From Camelus ferus (lineage: Eukaryota), in the NCBI RefSeq assembly GCF_009834535.1, contig NC_045696.1:55988001-56052000 (forward strand): 64,000 nt of DNA. The letters are read 5' to 3'. Every line of letters begins with the position of its first letter. Position 1 is the stretch's first letter. A model generated the notes under the pieces. That model was not told the DNA's origin and did not search any database. It worked only from the letters and a program-made list of their open reading frames with translations. Of the stretch, positions 1 through 64,000 are shown piece after piece. Position numbers and translations under genes: made by a program.

Positions 1-2024
1 TCACATAATGTATAAATAACAGCCCTAAGTCTCCACGTCTTCTCCCTCTAAGGTCTGTGCTCTCACTTAATTTGTCTAAGTGTAAGGTAAATATTTCTTA
101 TTTTTAAATTAATCATTGTTCTGTATTTAATTGTGCTACTGAACTTCTTGGTCTAGGAAGTGAACAAGGAAGAAAAGATAAAAATAGCCAAGAGAGGTTA
201 GGCAGTTACGAGAATTGTGATCAGCTGTAAACACAGAGCATAGACCAAAAGACTGAAACAACAGTTTCAGTCTGCAACTGAGAGAAGATTCTTCTTGCTT
301 ACTGTCCTTCCCTGCTTCAGTGAAGACGGACTTGCAGTGACCACACTGTGCCCCACCTACACTTCCTTTAACCTGCTGCGTTCAAGATATAAACAAGCCC
401 TAGGTTTCCTCCCTGAGCACTGGGAGTCTTCAACTCTTTCAATAACTGCTTCTTTGGGACGGAATATTCTCCTGCCCTTGAAGAAAAGACTAAAGGGCAT
501 TCCTTTCCAAAGTGAAATACTTAGTCATTTATATCCAGCAACTCAAGTCTCTTCTTGTCTCAGAATGGTACAGCTAACCCACACGTGTGTGTTACTTTTT
601 CTTCTTCCTTTTAATTTATGAATAAGTAAACTTTCAGATCAACTACTGATTTTTATGTTAACATGATGCTTTACTTTGCTTGCCTAGCCTAAATGCCTTT
701 AGACTTGTGGGATGGCCTATCTTAGTGAAAGGAAAAGTAGGCGTATAAAACACTGTCATTTAATGTTTCCCATTCTACCCAAGGATAAATTGCAGTAACT
801 CACTTCCCCCGAGAAAAACACAATTTTAGAGAGCTGGCATTAGAGATGAAATTGAGAGTAGGTAGAGTGTGGAGGCTCAATAATGAAAGATTGGATTCAA
901 CCATCTGTTTTACAGAGGCAACTCTGAGGTTTGTTGTCAAGTTTTTGCTTCCCAGTTACAATTTTAACCAGCAATACTTAACTATTTTAAGCCTCTGGTG
1001 CTCTCTGTTGTTGCTATAATTGCTAAATTAGTAGGCAGCAAGAGTTGCAGTGATGACTGTAATGTGCTTTTTCATAAGTACAGTAAATATGTTATTGTAT
1101 GGTGCTTTGAGGACACGAACTACAAATGGTCCATGCAGGCATTCTGTCAGTGGGATGACAGCCCTGGTGATGTCACAAACAACGACTAAGTTAGTGCTTT
1201 CTGAAGTTCCTCCATGAGAAAGGTACTCTTAGCCATTTTTCATGTCTAACTAACCCCAGGTGTGGAGACTTTAGCAAGGAAGGGCAGGTAGTTGAGCTGG
1301 TAGAGAAGGAGTGACACCAAATGCCAGGAAAGGAGAATTGCAAGACTTCAATTCTCACTTGTCTGGTCCTAGGTTCAGCAGTAACGTTGTATCGTATTTA
1401 TATTTCTGCCTCTGCAAAAAATAGGCTTTCCAAATTCCACAGATAAATAGGTGCTGTACACAATTCTCTATATAGCATTTCCAGAAGTCTGAAAGGTCTG
1501 AGATGTTGCCCTGTTTGCCTGCCACAGTTCCATGAATGCTGGTAGAGGCCAGCAAACTGCTGGGTCAGAGATGAAGGATCATTTATTACCTACAGCAGAA
1601 GTGGCCAAGTATTAGCATTTTTGCACCAGTTCCCTGAGCCCCAATTCCCACAGGGTGATGTGAAGAAGGCCAGGTGACAGCTACACACTGGGTCACATCA
1701 CAGGAGAGGAACAGGGAGTTCAGGAAATCCAACTCTTCAATAATGGACAGTGAGAAAGCCTGCCCTTTGCTCAAAGGGAGACACGATCTCTGACTTCTAA
1801 GGCTGCAAGCAAACCTGCCCCTGGTTCCAGAGACAGCCACTCTTTCTATTGTTTAAGTTTGTTTCCTACACAAAAGAAAGGGCAACAGCTCCCCTCCTTG
1901 CAAGACAAGCAGAAGCATGAGACCCATGGAGTACTGTCTCCATAACAGGGCAAAGTATAACTTTGATTTTGATGAAACTGTATCATTAACCAGCACCCCT
2001 TCCCAACCTAAGTTCATAAAGATT

Positions 2025-2460
2025 ACCTATTAGTCGTTTCTTGCTGTGCAGCACTATTACTACAAACTGGGTGGTAATACACATGTACTTTTATCTCTGT
2101 TTCTGTGCTTAGACATCTGGGAGCGGCTTAAGTGGCTCCTCTGATGAGGGCCTCACAAACGCAGTCATGATTTTGGCTGAGACCATGGTCTTATCTGAGA
2201 TTCAACGTGGGGAGGGGGTGGAAAACGCTTCTCATCTTACTCAGGTTGTTGGCAGAATTCAGTTTCTTGCAGTTGTAGGAATAAAGGATTTGGTTTCTTG
2301 CTTGCTGTGGATTGGAAGCCACCCTCAGCCCCGCAGCTCTAAGAGGCTACCTGTGGTCTTTGCCACTTGCTTCCTCCAAGCCAGCAAGGGAGAGAGAGCG
2401 CAACTCCAGCAAGTGGCCACTGCACTCTCTGTGAGACAATCATGTATGTGCATCTGATCA
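2025..2460 (-). mobile_element. MaLR (MLT1-type) LTR remnant
   Basis: tattagtc..ttgctgtg..caaactgggtgg..ctcaggttgttggcagaattcagtttcttgcagttgtagga resembles the MLT1 consensus (recalled). Confidence 0.55.
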
Positions 2461-3078
2461 CATTTGATATGTCTGTCAGTCAGCATCTCCTAATATGTTT
2501 ATCAAGGGGGCTGGCGATTGGCTACTCCAAATAATTTATCTGATAAAGTGAGGAAAAGTCGTCTTTCTGTAGGGGGGACATTCTAGCTGAGACCTGAGAT
2601 GATGAGTCAGCAGTGATAAAATGGGGGGCAGGGGCAAGAAACATTCTGGGAAGAAGGAACAAAGTGGGGAATGTAGCCATACCCACAGACAGAAAAATAT
2701 TATCACGCCATTATAGTGTGTTTTTTGTTTGTTTTTGTGTCTGTTTTCTCCACCATTCAGTGAACTGTAGCAATTATCTCAGAATCTTTAATACCTATTT
2801 CCTAGTAGGCAGTAAATTTATGTAATAAATGGTTGGATTTAGTCATTTAGGAATCATTTTATTAAGCTTTCACGTACCAGGTACTTCAGAGATTCAGAAT
2901 GACCATGTAAAGACCTGTTCCCTCAATGAACTCACAACTGTAGGAAGCAAAGTTGCAAAAAATTACTGCTATAGGGTGGTCAATGCTATTGGTGCTATGA
3001 CAGCACTGGAAGATAAAGCCTCACCCTATTTGGGGTTTGGGGGAAGCTACATAAAGGTGGCAACATTAGCACTGAGTC

Positions 3079-3560
3079 TTTTTTTTTTAATTGAAGTATA
3101 GTCATTTACAATATGTCAATTGCTGGTGTACAGCATAATGTCTCTGTCATACGTACGTATACATATTTTAGTTTTCATATTCTTTTTCATTAAAGGTTAT
3201 TACAAGAGATTGAATATAGCTCCTTGTGCTATACATAAGAAATCTGTTTTTTATTTTTATATATAGTGGTTAACCTTTGCAAATCTCAAATTCCCAAATT
3301 TATCCCTTCCAACCTCCTTTCCCCTGTAGCCATAAAATAATTTACTATGTCTGTGAGTCTGTTTCTGTTTTGTAGATGAGTTCATTAGTGTTCTTTTTTT
3401 TCTTTCTTTTCTCTTTTAGATTCCGCATATGAGTGATATCATATGGTATTTTTCACTCTCTTTCTAGCTTACTTCTCTTGGAATAACTATCTCCAGGTCC
3501 ATCTACATTGCTGCAAATGGCATTATTTTATTCTTTTTTATCCCTGAGTAGTAGTTTTTT
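3079..3560 (-). mobile_element. L1 3' end fragment
   Basis: Poly-T then ttgaagtatagtc..ttacaat..gtacagca..gattccgcatatgagtgatatcatatggtattt, the reverse complement of an artiodactyl-type L1 3' UTR. Confidence 0.8.
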
Positions 3561-3567
3561 TTTGTTT

Positions 3568-5325
3568 GAGATCAGGTACAAGAGGCCAAGGCTCAGGAGA
3601 AGGAAAGAGGCCAGGCAGGCCCAAGTGATTACAGCCCTTAAAGGGCAGCCACCGTCCCTAAGTCCTTGGCCCCCAGCAGCCTGAGACAAGCCTGATGATA
3701 AATACAACATCTGCCACTGACCTGGTCAGTGGGCCAAGAAAGCTCCCCATAAGGACAAACCTTCAAGATCTGCCTGTTTTGGTTGTAACAAGCAAGGTCA
3801 TTGGGTGGCCCTCTGTCCCTCAAGCCAAATCTCACAAGGGGGATAACCGGCCTGCGGCCAGGACTAAAGAAGCCCCCTCCGGTCAGCCACAATGCAAGAG
3901 ATCTTCATCACTGGGCTGGAGCCACGGGTACAAGTGGATGTGGCAGGTAGGACAATCGCTCTTTGGATACTGGGACCACCTACTCCGTCCTAACTTCCTT
4001 CTCCAGACCCTTCTCCTCTAGATTCTCTACCGTCATGGGAGTCACAGGTAAACCTACCTTAAGATCCTTTGCTTCCCCCACCCTTTGCTGTTTATGGGAC
4101 GAATGCACATGTGCACACTCTTTCTCATGCATGCCAGAATGTCCTAGCCCCCCTTGAGGCCAAGACCTTCTTTACAAGTTGAGAACCCAAGTTATCCTGG
4201 GAGAAAGTCCACAAACTTTCACCTCTTTATAACTCTCACTGCTCTCTGGGGAAGGAGAAAAACTTCCAGACCCAGAGGCCTGGGAGAATAAAATTAATCC
4301 TGCTGTCTAGGATCAAGTTATTGCAGGGCAAGCAAAGACAGCTGCTCAGGTTGTCATCTCCCTCAGAGATCCTACCTGGCTCCCTAATCAAAAACAATAT
4401 ATGACTTATTTATCTGCTCCCTTACTGAAGAACAGGCCATCCCACATGCAATCCAAAGTCTTGACTTCTTGGCCAAGCGGGGATATAGAGTTTCCAGGTC
4501 CAAAACCAAAATGGTCACACAAGAGGTAACTTGTGTAGGTGTTGTTCTGACTGCTGGAAACTGTAAGCCTTTGCCCCTGAATGAAGTCAGGGAATCTTAC
4601 AACTCCCTAATCCCACTACTTGAAAACAGCTCAGGGCATTTCTCAGACTAACAGTTTCCTGTAGGCTTTGGATCCTTACTATGGGACTATAGCCCAACAT
4701 CTATATGACGCTTAAGGGACAAAGATGACACAATACCTCTCCAGTGGGGAACTTTCCAACTGGAAGCAATGGAAGAATTAAAAAAATCTCTAGTAAGATC
4801 CCTGGCCTTGGGGCTTCCAGATCCCACAAGGCCCTTCCAGTTCTCTGTTCATGAGAAAGGAGGAATAGCCCTGGTGGTCCTCACCCAATGGTTGGGTCCT
4901 ACCTAACAGTCTATGGGATACCTCTCCACGCAGCTAGATCCCACTGCTTGAGGCTGGCCTTCCTGCCTAAGAGTGTAGGGAGCCCTCTCCACTCTCCTGG
5001 AGGAAGCTTTTAAGCTAACTCTGGGGGCCCCTATACAAGCATACGCTAACCATCAAGTTTCTGACCTTTTAAAAGGCAAGGGACATTTCTGGCTCTCAGA
5101 TGCTCGGCTTCTTAAATAGCAGGCATTCTTGCTGGAAAACCCAGATGTCACTGTCTCTGTTTGTGGGACACTCAATCCTGTTACACTATTACCATTACCA
5201 GAGGAGTCTCTTCCCTTTCACCTATGTCATGAGACCCTATCCATTTCTCTAGGAGCTAGAACAGATCTCACTGACCAACCCCTGGAAAACCTTGATGAGA
5301 TCTGGTTCACTGATGGGAGCCACAT
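3568..5325 (+). mobile_element. Decayed class I (gamma-like) ERV gag-pro-pol fragment
   Basis: Gag zinc knuckle CFGCNKQGHWVALC (3775-3816) plus a degenerate upstream one; protease LDTGTTYSVLT (3963-3995); RT pieces KQY / DLFICS / LAKRGYRVSRSK; RNase H start WFTDGS (5303-5320); many stops and frameshifts. Confidence 0.88.
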
Positions 5326-5519
5326 ATTCTTGTGAACCTCTTAGCGATCTGCGGCTGCTTTCCAAGCAACACTCCGGTGAGACTCTTCCATCGCCCTAGG
5401 GGACTATGGATCCCTGTTAGATAAACCTCTTTCTTCAATGTCTCCTGGTTCAAATCTTATCTCTTTTAGGGCCCCCGCCAAACTGTTTTAATACTAATTT
5501 ATTAGTATTAATAAATATT

Positions 5520-5954
5520 GGGGGTGTAGGCGCACCCCGTGTCATGTCTCTATGAGACGGGGTGCCCCTCCAGGCCCAGGCCTGTGGGTGGAGGCCCAGT
5601 GCACCCTTATCATGTGTCTATGAGCCGGGTTGCCTCTCCACACACATGCTTGTGGTTGGCCGCAAAATGCACCCTTGTCATGTGTCTTAATTGTGTGCAC
5701 ATCCATGCAGGTCTCGGAATGAATCTGCACTCATATCATGTGTCTATTATATGAGGGTACATAATCACACAGGTCTGTGTATGAATATGTATATATGTCA
5801 TATGTATAGTATGCATTATATACTTATATAGACGTATATAATATCTATACTTATATAGTATGTATATTATATATGTGTATATCCATACATGTCAGGTTTG
5901 AATATATATATTTATTTTATATACTCGTGTCTGTGTATGGGTATGTGTATATAC

Positions 5955-5986
<32 letters not shown>

Positions 5987-6427
5987 GTGTGTATATATAT
6001 ATATAATATGTATATCATATAATATTTGTGTATATATACATATATAATATAGTATATGTGTATACTATGTATATTTTATGTGTGTATCTCTATGTGCATG
6101 TCATTGCATGGATATATATATATATAAATATAACATATATATACACATCTGTGCTTGGATATGTATATGTTCAATATGTATATTATATAATAGATATGTA
6201 TGTATGCATTTAATATAGAGATATATAATATGTATATTATATATGTGTATATCATATATATTATATATACACATGTCTGTGTATAGATATATATATAATG
6301 TGTATATCATCTAATATATGAATGCATATATAGTATAATATATATAATATAATATCTACATATATAATATGATATACATACATATAAAATATGTATATTC
6401 TTTTGGTGTACATCCACCCCCAGGCCT
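5520..6427. repeat. Degenerate ~60-bp minisatellite grading into a TA/TG-rich low-complexity tract (block 1)
   Basis: Recurring units ggtgcccctcca..aggcctg..ggtggagg..gcaccc..tcatgtgtctatga, becoming progressively AT-rich. Confidence 0.85.
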
Positions 6428-8170
6428 GTCTTACTGAGACCTCAGCTCATACTGGGGACCAATCATCTTTTCTGCTTGTTTGTTTCAGTATAGGTAGAGT
6501 TATTTAGAGATCCATCAAGAGGCACGAGAAAGGCCACGACGTGTGGGGGTTGGGTGCCCAGAGTCGAGTTAAAGTAGGCACACATTCCTTAGACAGTGTG
6601 GCCATGTCCGAAAAGGGAGAGAGAGGGGGCTGCAGCCTTGGAACTGTCTTGGCACCTGTGGGCACGTTATTCACCTTGCTAACATGTTACAATGGTTGTA
6701 TAATGGAGGTCAAGATCTACTAGAAGTCAAATCTCCCACCATTTTGAGACTCAAGGCCTGCTGGGGGTTGAATCTTTCACCATTCTGGTGTTAATTACTG
6801 TGTTATTACTTGAATGTCTGTGCTCTGCCCCCTTCCTGTCTTATTCCCCCCTCAGAGATTTTACTCCCATCATCTTTTTATGGGGTTGTAAAGGGATGAT
6901 GGTCCGCCTTCTGAAACCACTTCAGGCTGGGTAGGGGTGTAGACTCTGTGTATCAGGGAGTAAAAAATCTCTGAATGGCCTGATCTAGGGGCCCCAGGGG
7001 CAGGACAGCCTTTTGTTTTTGTGTCCTGCGGGTATGGGCCATCATTTGATGTGGGACTATTGTAACCCACTGTTTCCACTGACTTCTGGTATGGGCCATC
7101 ATTTGATGTGGGACTATTGTAACCCACTGTTTCCACTGACTTCTGATGAATTTTTTTAAAGTTGAAGCACCTTTGTAACAACTTAACAGTTTGTAACAAC
7201 AAAAAGACTTAAAAGGCATGGTTAAACAACTGTAATTGATACAGATTTGTTTGTAATTACTAGAATTATGACTGATTATATTTAACTTAACATATTAAAT
7301 CATCCTAATATCTGAGATGTGTTAGGTTTTCTATAAAACATCTTAAAGTTAGCTGGGGCTACAGAGAACTTTTTGAATTTGTTAGATATTTAAAATCCTG
7401 ATTATGTATGAAAACTTTTCTTTTTTTCGTAGTTTTTTTTTTAATGAAACTCTTACTGAAAACATACATCTTACTTTCCTACTGTATATGAAATACTTAT
7501 TTTGGGAGCTTTAATTACATATATTATCATTTTAACCCTCAAAAACCTTAAATCTCTGGTAAAAACCAAGAAGCAAGCAATTGTGAACTGGTTGTCATAT
7601 CACCATTTCCTCACTGGAATCTTATGTTTTTGTTTTTTTCTTTCCTAAAGCAAAGGTAGATAAACTTAGATCTTCCCAGTAATTAATGTTTTAATATTTT
7701 ATAAATGACACAGATAGTCAGTGAACTTTTTAACTTAGTTTTAAGTTTTAAGTACCAAAATTTGGAGAGACACTTTTAGGTAGATATTTTCAAAAGAAAA
7801 TTCCTATAGAGTTTACCCCAAATCTCTTTTTTTGTTTACTTTTTGGAAGTTTTTTTACACTGAGTTACTTTTTTTGTTGACAAATTTGTAACAGATATAA
7901 TAAAGTTTTGCTTGATCTCTAGGAAGCCTAGGCACAACTGAACTATTATACTTAACACTGATGTCTCTAAAGGCATGTTTATATTAATTAAACCAAAAAG
8001 CTTAAGCTAGCTTCAATACCAATACCAGTACTGAATCTTTTTAGATAATGTGAACCTGAAATTTATTTTAGCCAATTTTCTCTATGTTTGAGTATTTATA
8101 TAAGTACATAATTTCCTTTCAGCTAATTAAAGAGCTCTTTTACCATGTAATTTTGCCAATATTTAATTTT
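6427..8170 (-). mobile_element. Minus-strand ERV 3' end: AT-rich internal sequence, env-tail remnant, PPT and LTR (about 6427-6843)
   Basis: Minus strand reads ..PLGPLDQA.. (env-tail-like), then PPT gaggggggaa directly followed by taagacaggaaggggcagagcac (LTR-start-like). Confidence 0.6.
7031..7144. repeat. Perfect 57-bp tandem duplication
   Basis: ggtatgggccatcatttgatgtgggactattgtaacccactgtttccactgacttct at 7031-7087 and 7088-7144. Confidence 0.97.
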
Positions 8171-8202
8171 GTCATTAATTTAACCATTTAATTTTGCCAA
8201 TG

Positions 8203-8399
8203 AGCAGGATGTAGTTAGGGCTGTCATCGCCCTCTACATCCCAAAGACTTGGGGTCCTATGACTAGAGGGGGGAATGTTAAGTGGTTTAGATAGAAATAA
8301 GCCCTGGGACAGGAAGGGGGAAGGAACAACCCAGAACACAAGGAACCTGAGCTCCCAATCAACCAGAGCACAAGGAACCTGAGTTGTCAATCAATCAAT
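8203..8399 (+). mobile_element. Plus-strand ERV 3' end: env tail, PPT and start of LTR U3
   Basis: agcaggatgtagttagggctgtcatcgccc (typical ERV1 pre-PPT text); PPT agaggggggaa at 8265-8275; TG start at 8276; 32-bp direct repeats at 8331-8362 and 8363-8394. Confidence 0.65.
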
Positions 8400-8810
8400 C
8401 CCTAGGCCTGGGGGTGGAGGTGCACCCTGTGTTGTGTGTCTATGAGTTGGGGTGCCCCTCCAGCCCCAGGCCTGGGGGTGGAGGCACACCCTGTGTCATG
8501 TGTCTGTGAGAAAGAGTGCCCCTCCACACACAGGCCTGGGGGTGGAGGCAAAGTGTACCCATATCATGTGTCTGTTAACCAGGTGCACATTTATACACAG
8601 ATCTGGGTATGGATGTGCATCTATATCATGTGTCTATTATATGGGTGCACATAAATACACAGGTCTGTGTATGGACATATATATATATAATTTGTATATT
8701 ATGTAATATATGTACATATAAATACAATATATACATATATTACATGTGTATATCCATACACGTCAGTGTATGAATATCTATATTATATGTATCATATATA
8801 CACGTCTGTA
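8400..8810. repeat. Degenerate palindromic minisatellite (block 2), homologous to 5520-6427
   Basis: aggcctgggggtggagg occurs three times, followed by the same tcatgtgtctattat..cacaggtctgtgtatg..AT-rich decay as block 1. Confidence 0.85.
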
Positions 8811-9215
8811 ATAAAGAAAATTATTGAAGGTATTACAAATTCACTGTTCTAGAATAAAAGACTTAAGAGATACCAAAATGCAATGTGAAGACTTCTTTTG
8901 GATATTTTGATGAGAACCAAGTATTAATGACATCTTAGACTTAACTAGAGAAATTTGAATATGAGATATGAAGGAATTTTAAGTGTGACAATGGTGACTA
9001 AGTTAGAAATCCTTATCAGTTTTAGATGCTGATTAATTTAAGGGTGACCAATGTCTGGGATTTGTTTTAAAATACTCAAGCAAAAAACGGGTTAGGAGAG
9101 AAGTCAAACTGGATTGGTAAAATGTTGATAATTGTTGATTCTTGGTGCTGGTTAGTGAGGGCTCATTACCAAAAGTGGGTTCACTTTTGCCTATGTTAAA
9201 AATTTTCCCTAGAAA
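8810..9215 (+). mobile_element. Old L1M 3' end remnant
   Basis: aaaagacttaagagatac..aaatgcaatgtg..ttggtaaaatgttgataattgttga, typical of ancient L1ME/MC 3' UTRs (recalled). Confidence 0.5.
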
Positions 9216-9273
9216 TTTTATGAAGCAGAATCAGTGCATACTACACCACATCACATACAGCTGATTTAAAGCC

Positions 9274-9300
9274 CAGCAGCAGCAGCAGCAGCAGCAGCAG
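9274..9300 (+). repeat. (CAG)9 trinucleotide repeat
   Basis: 27 nt of uninterrupted CAG. Confidence 0.97.
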
Positions 9301-10006
9301 GAGGATCAACAGTTATTAATTACCCAACCCACTTCAAACGCAGATACCCGGGGCCAGAGCTCCTAGTGTGCCTAAGCCCAAGGTTAGAGCGCGATTCTCA
9401 GCTCCAAGAACAAGTCCCGTGAAAAGGGGATGTCTGAAATAAAAGCCCGGAACTATTCTAGAAGGTTCTGAGATTTCCCAAGGATTTCCTAAAGAGCCGA
9501 CGGAGTGTTACTAACAAATTGCTTCTGGATTTGAGCAGCAGCCGTTTCCCCAGTCTGCGGCCAAACGGCGTAGACCTTGGGTGGGCGTCCTAAAACTCGC
9601 GGCTAGGTCTCAGAAGCGTAGTGGGAAGTGAGGCCGTCCCTCCCAGCCCCACTCTTCCCCTCTCCGATCCCCTCCCTAGGCCTGCCCCCTCTGGCCCACC
9701 TTCCTTCCTTCCCCTTCCCTTCCCCCACCCCTCAAAGCTCCTGGGATCTGCGCTTTCCAGTCCTTCCGCTCCTGCGCCTCGCCCCAAGGCTTACTATCGT
9801 CATCGCGCTCCTCCCCTCCCACGCCAGCCCCGCCCCTCCCCTCACGAGCCCCGCCCTGTACGTTCACCTAGCCCCTCCTCTCCCGCTCCTCACCCCGCCC
9901 CTTCCTGTCGTCACCCGGCTCCTCCTCTCCCACGCCAGCCCCGCCCCTCCCTTTTCCTTTAGCTCTGTAACCTCGCCAGGTCCTTCCCCTCCAGCGCTTC
10001 CCAGGA

Positions 10007-10020
10007 GTTACCATAGCTAC
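10007..10020 (+). promoter_or_regulatory. Candidate RFX X-box
   Basis: GTTACCATAGCTAC, close to the palindromic X-box GTTGCCATGGCAAC; about 64 nt upstream of the ATG of a ciliary gene. Confidence 0.65.
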
Positions 10021-10071
10021 GGTGCACAGAGCAGCTAAGTCTCACTAGTTTATACCGGCTAGCCACAGTGA

Positions 10072-63802
<53,731 letters not shown>

Positions 63803-64000
63803 TAAACTGTTTTCAATATTCCAGAGATTTAAACCTGAGCAGAGGTCTGGGGAAAATGCTGGAGGAGAATCACTGTTTTCTTATTTCAAAGCTTATCAAG
63901 TTCTCTTGACGCTGATTCCAGAACATGATCACCATTAGTACTGATGGGTGCAGGAAGTTTGACAGAGTAGGAAAATCCTTTAAGAGGCAGTCCCCAAGTT

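Noticed and set aside
1..2020. Exons of the neighbouring gene expected from human synteny (COX17)
   Set aside because: No COX17-like coding sequence or CpG island recognised. The short ORFs here have no identifiable similarity.
5520..8810. Repeated palindromic units as a CRISPR-like array or as paired LTRs
   Set aside because: Mammalian context; the units are degenerate tandem copies without unique spacers; no cas genes; the blocks lack TG..CA ends with PBS/PPT placement.

Overview
Mammalian genomic DNA, most likely camelid (alpaca/llama/camel), judged from the tRNA-derived Vic-1-type SINEs. The window holds the promoter and first 16 coding exons of CFAP91 (MAATS1/C3orf15, a motile-cilium/flagellum protein) on the + strand. 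The ATG is at 10084. The 16 exons total 2146 nt, splice in frame with no stop codons (715 codons + 1 nt), and the gene runs off the right end. Intron 14 appears to use a GC donor. The rest is mostly transposon debris: L1, L2, MIR, MER5/MER20-type hAT elements, MaLR LTRs, a near-complete Tigger, SINEs and a decayed class I ERV cluster upstream of the gene. I see no new multi-gene system. The most unusual items are: (i) a tailless 5'-half tRNA-Asp retrocopy with a target-site duplication (TSD) inside an L1; (ii) a palindromic minisatellite split at its apex by a back-to-back ERV chimera; (iii) an L1 that keeps both termini and TSDs but lacks its middle; (iv) a short polyadenylated LTR-like retrocopy; (v) a 5'-inverted (twin-primed) L1; (vi) the GC donor with an in-frame GT competitor. 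Repeat family names and the human CFAP91 comparison come from recall, not database searches. Repeat boundaries are approximate.
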